In this document: positions 20,497-30,624 of the stretch, in pieces
How positions within the stretch are numbered: the first letter of the stretch is position 1
Layout of the letters: each line of letters opens with the position of its first letter
Assembly: GCA_963754315.1 (NCBI GenBank)
Contig: CAVWFS010000013.1
Coordinates: 128,001-192,000 of the forward strand
Reading direction: 5' to 3'
From: an uncultured Candidatus Rokubacteria bacterium
GTDB lineage: Bacteria > Methylomirabilota > Methylomirabilia > Rokubacteriales > CSP1-6
Length of the DNA stretch: 64,000 nt
Notes under the pieces: generated by a model
Told to the model about the DNA's origin: nothing
The model's database searches: none
What the model saw: only the letters and a program-made list of their open reading frames with translations
Position numbers and translations under genes: made by a program

Positions 20497-21672
20497 ATGG
20501 CCAACGAGATCCTGCACGATCTGCGCGTCCTCGACCTGACCACCACCATCGCCGGCCCGCACTGTACGCGGCTGCTCGCCGATCTCGGGGCCACCGTGGT
20601 CAAGATCGAGTCGCCCGAAGGCGACCTGATGCGCTCGCGCCCTCCGCTGCGCGAGGGGGTCAGCAGCTATTTCGGCCAGCTCAATGCCGGCAAGAAGAGC
20701 GTCGTGCTCGACCTGAAGAGCCCGGCGGCGGTCGACATCGTCAAGCGGCTGGTGCGGACGAGCGACGTGCTGGTGGAGAACTTCCGCCCAGGTGTCATGC
20801 AGCGGCTGGGCCTGGACTATGCCACCCTCGCCACCGTGGAGCCGGCGCTGATCTACTGCGCCATCTCGGGCTACGGCCAGAGCGGTCCGTCGGCCGGCCG
20901 CCCTGCCTACGCGCCGGTCGTGCACGCGGCGAGCGGGTACGACGTGGCACACCTGTCGTACCAGGAGGGCCGCACCAAGCCGGATAACAACGGCATCTTC
21001 ATCGCCGACGTTCTGAGCGGCACCTACGCCTTCGGCGCCATCCTCGCCGCGCTTCACCAGCGGGGACACACGGGACGTGGGCAGCTCGTCGACGTGTCGA
21101 TGCTGGAAAGCATGCTGACGATGACACTTGCCGAGATCCAGCGGGCCCAGTTCCCCCTTCCGCCGCCCGGCCGGCCCATGTTCGGGCCCATCGAGACCCG
21201 CGACGGTTACATCATGCTGGCGGTGGCCAGCGAGCGCACCTTTGCCGATCTCGCGCGCGCGGCCGGGCATCCGGACTGGCTCACCGACCCCCGGTTCGCC
21301 GCCTACGCTGACCGTCGACGGAACTGGCATCTGCTGGTCGAGGAGCTGGAACAGTGGTCTCGCTGCCTCACCACCGACGAATGCCACGCCGCCTTCGAGC
21401 GTTGCGGCGTGCCGTGCTCACCCTATCGCACGGTGCAAGAAGCCATGGCCGATCCCCAGCTGGCCCACCGGCAGGCCTTCGGCACGGTGCGCGACGCGGC
21501 GGGAACGTTCGAGGCGCTGAACCCGCCCTTCCGGTTCTCCGACGCCCGGGCCGCTGTTCAGCCGTATGCGGCCGCGCTCGGCGAGCACGGCGACGAGGTC
21601 CTGGCCGAGGCCGGCTACAGCCCCCTCGAGATCGAGGCCTTTCGAAAGAGCAACGTGCTCGGCGGAGCCTGA
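20497..21672 (+). CDS. CaiB/BaiF family III CoA-transferase
   Basis: LADLGATVVKIE, NAGKKS, ENFRPGV, ISGYGQSGP. Confidence 0.92.
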   Translation: MANEILHDLRVLDLTTTIAGPHCTRLLADLGATVVKIESPEGDLMRSRPPLREGVSSYFGQLNAGKKSVVLDLKSPAAVDIVKRLVRTSDVLVENFRPGVMQRLGLDYATLATVEPALIYCAISGYGQSGPSAGRPAYAPVVHAASGYDVAHLSYQEGRTKPDNNGIFIADVLSGTYAFGAILAALHQRGHTGRGQLVDVSMLESMLTMTLAEIQRAQFPLPPPGRPMFGPIETRDGYIMLAVASERTFADLARAAGHPDWLTDPRFAAYADRRRNWHLLVEELEQWSRCLTTDECHAAFERCGVPCSPYRTVQEAMADPQLAHRQAFGTVRDAAGTFEALNPPFRFSDARAAVQPYAAALGEHGDEVLAEAGYSPLEIEAFRKSNVLGGA

Positions 21673-21707
21673 AGTCGCGGGATCATGTCGCGTCCCTGGA
21701 GGAATTG

Positions 21708-22673
21708 ATGATCGTCGACATCCATGCCCACTACTTTCCCAAGGCCTACAACGACGTCCTGCTGCGCATCGGCGGGCGGAGCCTGCCTGAAGCGGCGCGG
21801 CCGCGCACGTCACGTCCAATGCGGGACGACGACCCATCGGGAATCCCTGCCCGACTGCAGCAGATGGACGACGCCGGCGTGCAGATGCAGGTGCTCTCCC
21901 CGGCGGCCAGCCCACCCTACGCTGACCGAGAGGCCGACGCCGTCGAGGCAGCACGACTCATCAATGACAGTTATGCCCGGCTCGCCAGCGAGCACCGAGG
22001 GCGGCTGGCCGCCTTCGTCTCGCTGCCGCTGCCCCACATCGACGCCGCCCTGCGCGAGATGGAACGTGGTCTCGACCAGCTCGGCATGCTCGGGGTGTCG
22101 ATGACCTGCTCCTGCTTCGATCGGTCCACGGCCGAGGCGGAGTTCGAGCCACTGTATGCGGAGATGAATCGGCGCGGAACGGTGCTGAACTACCACCCCA
22201 TCCAGAACGGCATCTGCTCGCCGATGATCAACGACTACGGATTCACGGTCTCCGTGGGCGCCTCGCTGGAGGATAGCGCCATCGTCCTGCACCTGATCGC
22301 CCGCCGCGTTCCCGAGCGCTACCCGCGCATCACCTACGTGATCCCCCACCTGGGCGGCATCGTTCCGATGCTGCTCCAGCGGCTCGACAATCAAGCGCCC
22401 CGCCAGCATCCCGATCTTCCCGAGCCCCCGAGCGTGACCGCCCGCCGCTTCTACTACGACACCGTCGGCCACGGCTCACAGGCGGCGCTACTGTGCGCGT
22501 GGAAGGCCTTCGGCGCCGATCATTTGGTGGCGGGCAGCGACTATCCGGTCCTCATGGCGTTCGAGACGTACCGGCAGACGTTCCACTACATCAGAGAGTC
22601 GAGCCTGCCCGCGGCGGACGTCGACCGGATCCTTCACCACAACACGCAGATCCTCCTGGGTCTGCCGCACTAG
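21708..22673 (+). CDS. Amidohydrolase_2 family protein (ACMSD-like decarboxylase/hydratase)
   Basis: IVDIHAH, YHP, IPHLGG, GSDYP. Confidence 0.88.
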   Translation: MIVDIHAHYFPKAYNDVLLRIGGRSLPEAARPRTSRPMRDDDPSGIPARLQQMDDAGVQMQVLSPAASPPYADREADAVEAARLINDSYARLASEHRGRLAAFVSLPLPHIDAALREMERGLDQLGMLGVSMTCSCFDRSTAEAEFEPLYAEMNRRGTVLNYHPIQNGICSPMINDYGFTVSVGASLEDSAIVLHLIARRVPERYPRITYVIPHLGGIVPMLLQRLDNQAPRQHPDLPEPPSVTARRFYYDTVGHGSQAALLCAWKAFGADHLVAGSDYPVLMAFETYRQTFHYIRESSLPAADVDRILHHNTQILLGLPH

Positions 22674-22751
22674 ACGACCGGCGCGCTTGCCTTCACGACG
22701 TCGCCCGCCGTAGCATCGCGAGCAGCCGCACGCTCGCTCAGGAGAGACGCG

Positions 22752-23537
22752 ATGGAGCTGGGACTGAAGGGGAAAAACGCGCTGGTCACGGGCGCCAGCG
22801 AAGGCATCGGCATGGCGATCGCGCGCAAGCTGGCCGAAGAGGGCGCGCGGCTCGCGATCTGCGCGCGGACCGAGACCAAGCTGCAGCAGGCCGCGGCCGA
22901 GATCGCAGAAGCGACCGGGATCGAGATCGTGCCGATCACGGCCGACCTGCGCACCCTCGCGGGATGCCAGGGCTTCGTCGATCAGGCCGCCCAGCGCCTG
23001 GGGGGCATCGACATCCTGGTCAACAATGCCGGCGCCTCCGCCTTCGGGGCATTCGTCGATCTGCCGGACGAGGCTTTTGTCGATGCCATCAATGGCAAGC
23101 TCCTGGGCTACATTCGGTGCGCGAAGGCAGTCGTCCCCCACATGCAACGGCGGGGCGGAGGTACCATCGTCAACATCACCGGCACCACCCAGCAAGCCAT
23201 CCCGCTGCATACACCGGGCAGCGCCTGCAACGCCGCCATTCGCATGTTCACCAAGGAGCTCTCGATGGAGCTCGGCCCGCTGAACATCCGGGTCAACAGC
23301 ATCGCCCCTGGACGTATCCAGACCGCGCGCGCCGACCGGCTTCTGCAGGCAACCGCTGCCGCGCACGGCACGCCGGTCGACACCCTCCTGAATCAGCTGG
23401 TCAAGACGATCCCGTCCGGTCGGGTGGGCACCGTGGACGATATTGCCGATGCCGTGTGTTTCCTGGTCTCCGAACGCGCCACCTACGTCAACGGGGCCGC
23501 GCTGGTCGTCGACGGCAGCAAGTCGGTCGTGATCTGA
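22752..23537 (+). CDS. SDR family oxidoreductase
   Basis: TGASEGIG, LVNNAG, IRVNSIAPG; no canonical YxxxK. Confidence 0.9.
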   Translation: MELGLKGKNALVTGASEGIGMAIARKLAEEGARLAICARTETKLQQAAAEIAEATGIEIVPITADLRTLAGCQGFVDQAAQRLGGIDILVNNAGASAFGAFVDLPDEAFVDAINGKLLGYIRCAKAVVPHMQRRGGGTIVNITGTTQQAIPLHTPGSACNAAIRMFTKELSMELGPLNIRVNSIAPGRIQTARADRLLQATAAAHGTPVDTLLNQLVKTIPSGRVGTVDDIADAVCFLVSERATYVNGAALVVDGSKSVVI

Positions 23538-23577
23538 CGGCCCGCGAGGATCGACGACAACTGGACGTTCCATAGCC

Positions 23578-24432
23578 ATGGATCGTGCGTTCCCGATCGT
23601 CAGACACCCGGGTCCGGGACAGGGGATACCGATCCTGGTGAGCGTGCCGCACTACGGTACCGAGCCCTTGCCCCACATCACCCGCGACGACTACTCCGAA
23701 CCCTGGTTCGAGACCTTCGCCTACGGGTATGCCGACACCTTCGTGGGCGAGCTCTACAGCGACCTGCACGAGCACGGGGCCACCGTCCTCGCCACGCCGT
23801 TCTCGCGTATGTTCGTCGACGTCAATCGCCGGCGTGATGACTTCGAGCACCACGATGGCGCGGTCCGCTCCCGCCGGGGCGTGGTGCGCACCCACACCAT
23901 GCGCGATGCCCCGATCTTTGCGCAGCCACTCGGACTGGCCGATCTCGAAGCGCGACTGCAAGCGCTCTACGATCCCTACTACGCGACCCTGGAGCGCCTG
24001 CTCACCCAGCTCCGTCACGCGCACGGATACGCCATGCTGCTCGATGGGCATACGGGGAGCCCGCGGCGCATGAAGGACCATCAGGTGATCATCGGCACCC
24101 GCCACGATACGACGTGCGCTCAACCCCTGACGGCAGCCGTGTCGGCGATCTTCGCCCGCCACGGTTTCGATGTACACCAGAATGTCAGTGGCTATGCGGG
24201 CGGCAACATCGTGGCCACCTTTGGCCAGCCCCATACCCACCGCGTGCACGCCATTCAGCTGGAGATCAATGCGTCACTGCTGATGACGACCTCGCGCGAG
24301 GAGTTCATCGCCCAGGTGTCGCGCGGCGGGATCCCCGACAAGGCCGACGTGAACATCGCTCGCGTGCGCCAGTGCCTGCGGGAGGTGACGGCGACCCTGC
24401 CGTCCGTCCTCGCCGCCCTGCACGAGGCCTAG
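23578..24432 (+). CDS. N-formylglutamate amidohydrolase family protein
   Basis: SVPHYG, SRMFVDVNR, YDPYY, LLDGH, HAIQLEIN. Confidence 0.87.
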   Translation: MDRAFPIVRHPGPGQGIPILVSVPHYGTEPLPHITRDDYSEPWFETFAYGYADTFVGELYSDLHEHGATVLATPFSRMFVDVNRRRDDFEHHDGAVRSRRGVVRTHTMRDAPIFAQPLGLADLEARLQALYDPYYATLERLLTQLRHAHGYAMLLDGHTGSPRRMKDHQVIIGTRHDTTCAQPLTAAVSAIFARHGFDVHQNVSGYAGGNIVATFGQPHTHRVHAIQLEINASLLMTTSREEFIAQVSRGGIPDKADVNIARVRQCLREVTATLPSVLAALHEA

Positions 24433-24620
24433 TCCCGCTCCTCCCGTTCATCGGGCCTGGCGCTGCGGCGCCTGGCCGGAGCAACGGCCGTGAAAGAACT
24501 GCAGAGCAGGGCCTGAAAAGCCTACACGGCCGAAGCGGCTCGCGCGAGCCATCTAGAGCGTTTCGCTCTCGATAACGGCGAAGCTGGGGCGGGTGCCGGC
24601 CGAACTCGAGCCCGTCTCGG

Positions 24621-24636
24621 TGGCACTCCTGTTGCG
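24621..24636 (+). promoter_or_regulatory. sigma54 (-24/-12) promoter
   Basis: TGGCAC-TCCTG-TTGCG, an exact consensus, about 150 nt upstream of the CDS at 24784. Confidence 0.75.
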
Positions 24637-24783
24637 TCGACCACCCTGCAGTCCCCAGGGTTGCGTCGACCGCCTCGATGACCAGTGTGCCTCCCCGTGT
24701 CATCGGGGCTGCCGAAAGGAGGTGACAAGGCAGGTTCGCCGACGAGTAGTACACACTCCCATTTCAGAGCAGGAGATCATGGA

Positions 24784-26361
24784 ATGGTAAAGCGGACTCT
24801 CTCGTTAGTGACTCGCTACGCTCACAGTGTTCTCGACACTATTCCCAGCGACACCAGGCCTCGCGCACTGTCCGGATCCACCAGCAGACCCGCCCTACCT
24901 GCAAACCTTCTTCGCCCCGATCGAGGCGAGCGGCACCAGGATCAGGCTGGAGATCGCCGCCTCGGGGCTGACGGCGCCCCTCAAGGGAACGGTCGCGCCC
25001 GGTCTACCGAATCATCTCTTCGTCGTCGATCAGACTGGAATCCTCTGGGCCGTCAACCTGACCACGGGCGCCAAGACGCCCTTCCTCAACGTGGGGCCGA
25101 CGGGCCTCAATCTGCTGGTGACGCTCGGCGTCCTCGGGCCCAACACCTTCGATGAGCGCGGGCTCCTGGGCGTTGGCTTTCCACCCCAACTATCGCGACG
25201 AACGGCAAGTTCTACACCTACACGTCGGAGCCGCCCAATCTCGGCGACCGCCGACGTTCACCGACAACCTTGCCCGGCGGCTCGGCGACGCGCCGACCAC
25301 CAGAACGTGGTCTCCGAGTGGATTGCCGCCACTCCGCTGAATCCGGCCGCGCCCGGCATCGGCGCTCGCCGCGGTGCTGATGCGGGTCGACTGGCCGCAG
25401 TTCAACCACGACGGCGGGGACCTGGCCTTCGGCCCCGACGGCTTCCTCTACATCTCGATGGGCGACGGTGGTGGGAGCCGACGACGCGGATGGTCAGGAA
25501 TTCATCGTGGCGGACGGGGCGCAGCCCGCCAACACCGCGCCGATAGTCGGCCATCAGGGCGACGGCAACGCCCAGAAGCTCAACACGCCCCTCGGCAAGA
25601 TCCTCCGGATCGACGTGAATGGCAACAACTCGGCGAATGGGCAGTACGGGATTCCCGCCGACAATCCCTTCGTCGGCGGCGACGGGCTCGACGAGATCTT
25701 TGCCTTTGGCTTTCGCAACCCCTTCCGCTTCTCGTTCGACACGGCCACCGGGGATCTGTACGTGGGCGACGTCGGACAGAACGACATCGAAGAAGTCGAC
25801 CTCGTGGTCAAGGGCGGCAACTACGGATGGAACCCAAAGAAGGCACCCTCTTCTTCCACGTCAACGGTAACGCTGAAGGCTTTGCCAGCAAGGACTGACA
25901 ACGGCCGCACGACGCCTGAGCATGATCGACCCGATCGCCCAGTACGATACCCACGGCGAGGGACACTCGGTCATCGGCGGGTTTGTGTACCACGGCGAAC
26001 CGGATTCCGCAGCTCAAGGGACGGTACGTCTTCGGAGAATTCTCGCGGGTGTTCAACTTCCCGTCGCGGTCCCCACAACTACGGGCGGCTCCTGTACCTG
26101 GCGCAAAAACACACGGACAAGGGCAAACTGCTCAATATCAAGGAGTTCAACGGTTTCTCCGACGCCATCGCGGCGATCGGCCTGAGCGTCGGCCCGGCCG
26201 CCTGCGAGGGCGAGGTCCCGCCCACCCTGGCCGTGCTCGGGATGGGGCAGGATACTCAGGGCGAGATCTACACGATGGGCAACATCAGTGGTGTCCCCTT
26301 CGGTACCGGCGGTGTGGTCCTGAGGCTCGCCCCGCCCAGCAAGAACGAAGTGAAGAGCTGA
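24784..26361 (+). CDS. PQQ-dependent sugar (glucose/sorbosone) dehydrogenase family beta-propeller, many frameshifts
   Basis: ERGLLGV(A)FHP, QFNHDGGDLAFGPDG, GKILRID, IPADNPF, GFRNPFRFSFD, GGNYGW, SVIGG spread across several frames. Confidence 0.82.
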
Positions 26362-26375
26362 CTGACTCGCCGTTC

Positions 26376-27013
26376 TCAAGCGCCCTGGCGGGCCGGACGC
26401 GGCGCCGACCCGCCAGGGCCACTCCGCCGCCCGGCGCGCCTCGTAGGCGGCGATGGCGGGCTCGTAGCTGAGAGTCAGCGCGATCTCGTCCTGGCCGCGC
26501 AGCAGGCACTCCTTGCGAAAACCGTCGACCTCGAAGGCATGGCGCGTCGCCGTCGGGGCCCGTGATCGTCTGCGCGGGCAGATCGACGACCAAGGTGGCG
26601 CCGGGGCGTTCCCGAAGCTGCCGCCTCAGCTCCGCGCACACGTCGGCGGCGAGGACGACGGCGAGCACGCCGTTCTTGGCGCAGTTCTCGCTGAAGATGT
26701 CGCCGAAGCTCGGGGCGACGCAGGCGCGGAAGCCGTTGGCGGCCAGCGCCCACACGGCGGCCTCGCGTGAGGATCCGCAGGCGAAGTTCTCGGCGGCCAC
26801 CACGATCCGGGCGCCGCGATAGGGCGCCTGGTTCAGAACGAAGTCGGGACGCTCCCGGCCCTCGTCGTCGAAGCGGACGTCGTGAAACAGGTAGCGCTCG
26901 TACCCGGGCCCGGGCGCGTGGCGGAGAAACCGCGCAGGGATGATCCGGTCGGTGTCCACGTTCGGCAGGTCGATGGGAACGGCCACCGCCTCCAGGCGTC
27001 CGAAGGGCTCCAT
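26376..27013 (-). CDS. leuD: 3-isopropylmalate dehydratase-like small subunit (frameshifted; 3' end approximate)
   Basis: NVDTDRIIPARFL, NFACGSSREAA, APSFGDIFSEN, VDLPAQTI. Confidence 0.82.
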
Positions 27014-28416
27014 CAGGGGGCCGCCAAGGCGCGCACGTCGGCGATGGCGCCGGTGACGGCGGCCGCCGCGGCCATGGCCGGGCTCATCAGGTGCGTGCGC
27101 ACACCTTTCCCCTGGCGCCCCTCGAAGTTGCGGTTCGAGGTCGAGGCGATCCGCTCGCCGGGCCGGCCGAGGTCGCCGTTCATTCCGACGCACATCGAGC
27201 AGCCTGGCTCACGCCACTCGAAGCCGGCCTCCAGGAAGATGCGGTCGAGACCCTCGCGCTCCGCAGCCTCTTTCACGAGACCCGAGCCCGGCACCACCAG
27301 CGCCGGCACTCGCGCGCGACGGCCGCGCGCCACCGCGGCGGCAGCGCGGAGGTCGTCGAGCCGACTGTTGGTGCACGAACCGATGAAGACACGGTCGACC
27401 GGGATGCCGGACAGTGGAGTCCCTCCCGCGAGTCCCATGTAGGCGAGCATCCGTTCCATCGAAGCACGGCGGCCGGGATCGGGCGCGTCCGCGGGGTCGG
27501 GCACGCGCTCGGTGACAGGCAACGCTGTCTCCGGACTCGTGCCCCAGGTGACCATTGGCGCAATGGCCGCACCGTCGAGGGCGACCTCGCGATCGAAGAC
27601 GGCGCCCGCATCGCTGGGGAGGGTCTTCCAGTAGGCGAGGGCCTGCTGCCAGCGATCGTCCTTCGGGGCCCACGGGCGGCCCTGAACGTACGCATAGGTC
27701 GTCTCGTCAGGCGCCACCATGCCTGCTCGCGCGCCGGCCTCGATCGACATGTTGCAGACGGTCATGCGCTCGTCCATCGACATCGACCGGATCGTCGAGC
27801 CCGCGTACTCGATGGCATGGCCGGTCCCGCCGCCGGCGCCGACGGCGGCAATGACGGCGAGGATGACGTCCTTCGCGTGGACACCGAACGCGCGCGGGCC
27901 GTCGACGGTGACACGCATGACCTTGGGGTGACGCTGCCAGAGGCACTGGGTGGCCAGCACGTGCTCGACCTCGGAGGAGCCGATGCCGGCCGCCAAGCAC
28001 CCGAAGGCGCCGTGGGTCGCGGTGTGGGAATCGCCGCACACGAGGACGAGCCCGGGCTCGGTGAAGCCTTGCTCGGGCCCGATGACGTGGACGATACCCT
28101 GGCGGGAATCGGTGGGACCGAGGTAGCCGATGCCCTGTTGCGTCGTGTGGTGCTGGAGTCTGTCCACCATGGCCTGCACGGCGGGGTCCGCGATGCCGGC
28201 CGCGCGGCCGACGGTCGGAACATAGTGGTCGGCCGTCGCCAGGGCCTGGGCAGGCCGCCGCACCGTCAGCCCACGCCGGGCGAGCCGCTCGAAGGCGGCG
28301 CCGCTGCCGTCGTGCAGCAGGAGCCGGTCGACGTACAGAAGCGCGCGACCGCCGGGCCCGGTGGTCACGACGTGGCTCTCCCAGATCTTCTCGAACATCG
28401 AGCGGGGCGAGCTCAT
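27013..28416 (-). CDS. leuC: 3-isopropylmalate dehydratase-like large subunit (divergent)
   Basis: [49 protein letters not shown]. Confidence 0.88.
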   Translation of the reverse strand: MSSPRSMFEKIWESHVVTTGPGGRALLYVDRLLLHDGSGAAFERLARRGLTVRRPAQALATADHYVPTVGRAAGIADPAVQAMVDRLQHHTTQQGIGYLGPTDSRQGIVHVIGPEQGFTEPGLVLVCGDSHTATHGAFGCLAAGIGSSEVEHVLATQCLWQRHPKVMRVTVDGPRAFGVHAKDVILAVIAAVGAGGGTGHAIEYAGSTIRSMSMDERMTVCNMSIEAGARAGMVAPDETTYAYVQGRPWAPKDDRWQQALAYWKTLPSDAGAVFDREVALDGAAIAPMVTWGTSPETALPVTERVPDPADAPDPGRRASMERMLAYMGLAGGTPLSGIPVDRVFIGSCTNSRLDDLRAAAAVARGRRARVPALVVPGSGLVKEAAEREGLDRIFLEAGFEWREPGCSMCVGMNGDLGRPGERIASTSNRNFEGRQGKGVRTHLMSPAMAAAAAVTGAIADVRALAAP

Positions 28417-29363
28417 GGCCGGCCGCTCAGTCGCGCGACGGGCGATAACCGACGGAGTCTGCTGTACTTCGCGATCTCCTCGGCGGGAAGGAATTCCTCT
28501 TCCCAGCGGCGGATCTGATCGAAACCGGCGAAGGCGTGGACGTTGGCGAGTGGGTGCCGGGTGAGCGCCTCGGCGAATTCCTCCTCTACCACAGGGCCCC
28601 GTTCGCGCAGCGCCATCGCGAAGTCGTAGAGTGCGCGGATGGTCACCCGGAGGAGGGCGCCGGGCAGGATGGTCACCGCAAGACCGAGGTCCTGCATCTC
28701 GGCCAAGGTGAACCGGGGCGAGACTCCGGTCTGGTTGTAGAAGACGGCGCCTTTCACCTCGGCACACACGCGCCGGACCTCGTCCACATTCGTCGGTCCT
28801 TCGACGAAGGCCAGATCGGCGCCGGCCTCCAGGTAGGCGTTGGCCCGCCGGATGGCCTCGTCGAGCGAGCCGCCGTGGGCGCCGCGGGCGTCGGTGCGGG
28901 CGATGATGACGAAGTCGGGGTCCAGATCCTGGCGTACCTGGTGCGCCGCGCGGTACTTGCCGACCGCCTCGTCCAGCGCGATGACCTGACGGCCCGCCAC
29001 GTGGCCGCAGCGCTTGGGAACAACCTGATCCTCGATGTGAACGGCCGCCACACCCGTCTGGATGTACTCGCGCACGGTGCGAATCACGTTGATGGCATTG
29101 CCATACCCGTTGTCGGCGTCGGCGATGACGGGCACCCCCACCGCGTTGGCGATGTAGCGGGCATTCAGGTGCATCTCGGTCATGGTCGCGAGCCCGGCGT
29201 CGGGCAGCCCGAGCAGCGCCAGCGAGGTTCCGTAGCCGGTCATGTACACGGCGGGAAAGCCGGCCCGCTCGAGGATGCGGGCGCTGAGCGAATCGTAGCA
29301 GCCGGGAACGAGCAAGGTCTGTCCCTGAGCGAGCAGCTGGCGCAGGCGGGTGGTCTGTTTCAT
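28413..29363 (-). CDS. Isocitrate lyase/PEP mutase family C-C lyase (methylisocitrate/dimethylmalate lyase-like)
   Basis: [32 protein letters not shown]. Confidence 0.9.
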   Translation of the reverse strand: MKQTTRLRQLLAQGQTLLVPGCYDSLSARILERAGFPAVYMTGYGTSLALLGLPDAGLATMTEMHLNARYIANAVGVPVIADADNGYGNAINVIRTVREYIQTGVAAVHIEDQVVPKRCGHVAGRQVIALDEAVGKYRAAHQVRQDLDPDFVIIARTDARGAHGGSLDEAIRRANAYLEAGADLAFVEGPTNVDEVRRVCAEVKGAVFYNQTGVSPRFTLAEMQDLGLAVTILPGALLRVTIRALYDFAMALRERGPVVEEEFAEALTRHPLANVHAFAGFDQIRRWEEEFLPAEEIAKYSRLRRLSPVARLSGRP

Positions 29364-29902
29364 GAAAGTACGTCGGCCCCCGGCGCCGCTTCCAGCTCAC
29401 AGGCGTTGACGGTCATGGCCAGCATGCTGTAGTAGCCGATCGCTCCCGTGAGCTCGATCAAGCCTTCGTCGCCGAAGCGGGCCTGGATCGCCTTGAACGT
29501 GGCATCGTCGACCCGATGCTTGCGCATGAGCTGCAGCGTGAAGTCGACGATCTGGGCGTCTTCCGGCGGCACCCCGCGCGTGTGCTTCTCGCGGATCGCC
29601 GTGATCGTCGACTCCGGCACGCCGAGCTTGCGGGCGCCGCCGGTCTGGGCTCCCCACACGTACACGGCATCGAGCTCGCGCGCGACGGCCATGGCCGCCA
29701 GCACACGCACCCGCATGTCGAGCGCACCTTCAAACCGCACGAAGGCTCCGAGGTGGGCGACGCGACCGGCGAGGGCCGGGCTGTGCAAGAACATCGTGAA
29801 CGGTCCCTGGAGCGCACCCCGACTGGCGACGATCGCGTCCACGACCGCCCGATCCTTCACCGGCACCTGATCCTTGCTGGTGATCGGCGTCAATCTGGCC
29901 AT
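29360..29902 (-). CDS. Carboxymuconolactone decarboxylase/AhpD-like protein
   Basis: [30 protein letters not shown]. Confidence 0.78.
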   Translation of the reverse strand: MARLTPITSKDQVPVKDRAVVDAIVASRGALQGPFTMFLHSPALAGRVAHLGAFVRFEGALDMRVRVLAAMAVARELDAVYVWGAQTGGARKLGVPESTITAIREKHTRGVPPEDAQIVDFTLQLMRKHRVDDATFKAIQARFGDEGLIELTGAIGYYSMLAMTVNACELEAAPGADVLS

Positions 29903-29922
29903 TGGTCCAGTCCTCTCAACCG

Positions 29923-30540
29923 TCAGGCGCGCGGCGTTTCCGCACGCATGTCCATGGGCGTCTTGCCGGGTGGCAGCGGCGGTCGCCGCACCAGCTCGGC
30001 CATGGATAGCCCCGACTCGTAGTCGCGAATCAACTGCTCGGGATCGTAGATGACGCCAATCGGGTTGTCGGCGAAGTCCGGGCCCGTCAAGTAGGCCTGG
30101 CCCTCTTCCGCAGTCGCGAAATTGTCGATCTGCAGCTCGACGCGCAGGCCGTCGGGGTCGCAGTAGTACATCGAGGTCGTCGGCCCGTGGTTGATGCAGC
30201 GGGCCGGCTCGATTCCCCGCGCCTTGAGCCGCCGGTAGGTCGACAACAGATCACCCAGAGTGGCGTAGGTGAAGGCGATGTGGTGCACACCGGAGGCGTC
30301 GGGATCGCTGGCTCGGCCACCGGGGAGCTTGATGATCGCCACCCGGTGGTGCTCGTCATCGTAGGTGAGGAACGCGATGAAGTCGTTGCGGAAGACCACC
30401 TGGGCCTGGAGGACGGTGGCGTACCACTCGATCATTCCGTCGTAGTTGGCCGTCTTCAGCACGACATGGGCGAACTTCGCCGGGGTGATCCGGTGGGCTT
30501 GTGAAGCCAGGGTCCGGGTCGCAGCGGTCACTGTGCTCAT
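29923..30540 (-). CDS. VOC (glyoxalase/extradiol dioxygenase fold) family protein
   Basis: FAHVVL, FLTYDDEHHR, GVHHIAF, NHGPTTSMYYCDPDG..VELQ. Confidence 0.87.
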   Translation of the reverse strand: MSTVTAATRTLASQAHRITPAKFAHVVLKTANYDGMIEWYATVLQAQVVFRNDFIAFLTYDDEHHRVAIIKLPGGRASDPDASGVHHIAFTYATLGDLLSTYRRLKARGIEPARCINHGPTTSMYYCDPDGLRVELQIDNFATAEEGQAYLTGPDFADNPIGVIYDPEQLIRDYESGLSMAELVRRPPLPPGKTPMDMRAETPRA

Positions 30541-30624
30541 GGCGGTCCTCCGTACCTCGAATGTGCCCGGATGATACCGCGGATCGACAGCCGCGTGACG
30601 ACCCTCTCGGTTAGACTGATACTC

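Noticed and set aside
24440..24780. Riboswitch or ncRNA in the long intergenic region
   Set aside because: Hairpins are present but I recognise no family consensus; an Rfam search would be needed
27013..29400. 795-aa LeuC, and a leucine biosynthesis operon
   Set aside because: The extension is an off-frame read of the ICL-family gene. There is no leuA/leuB, so the leu symbols denote family only
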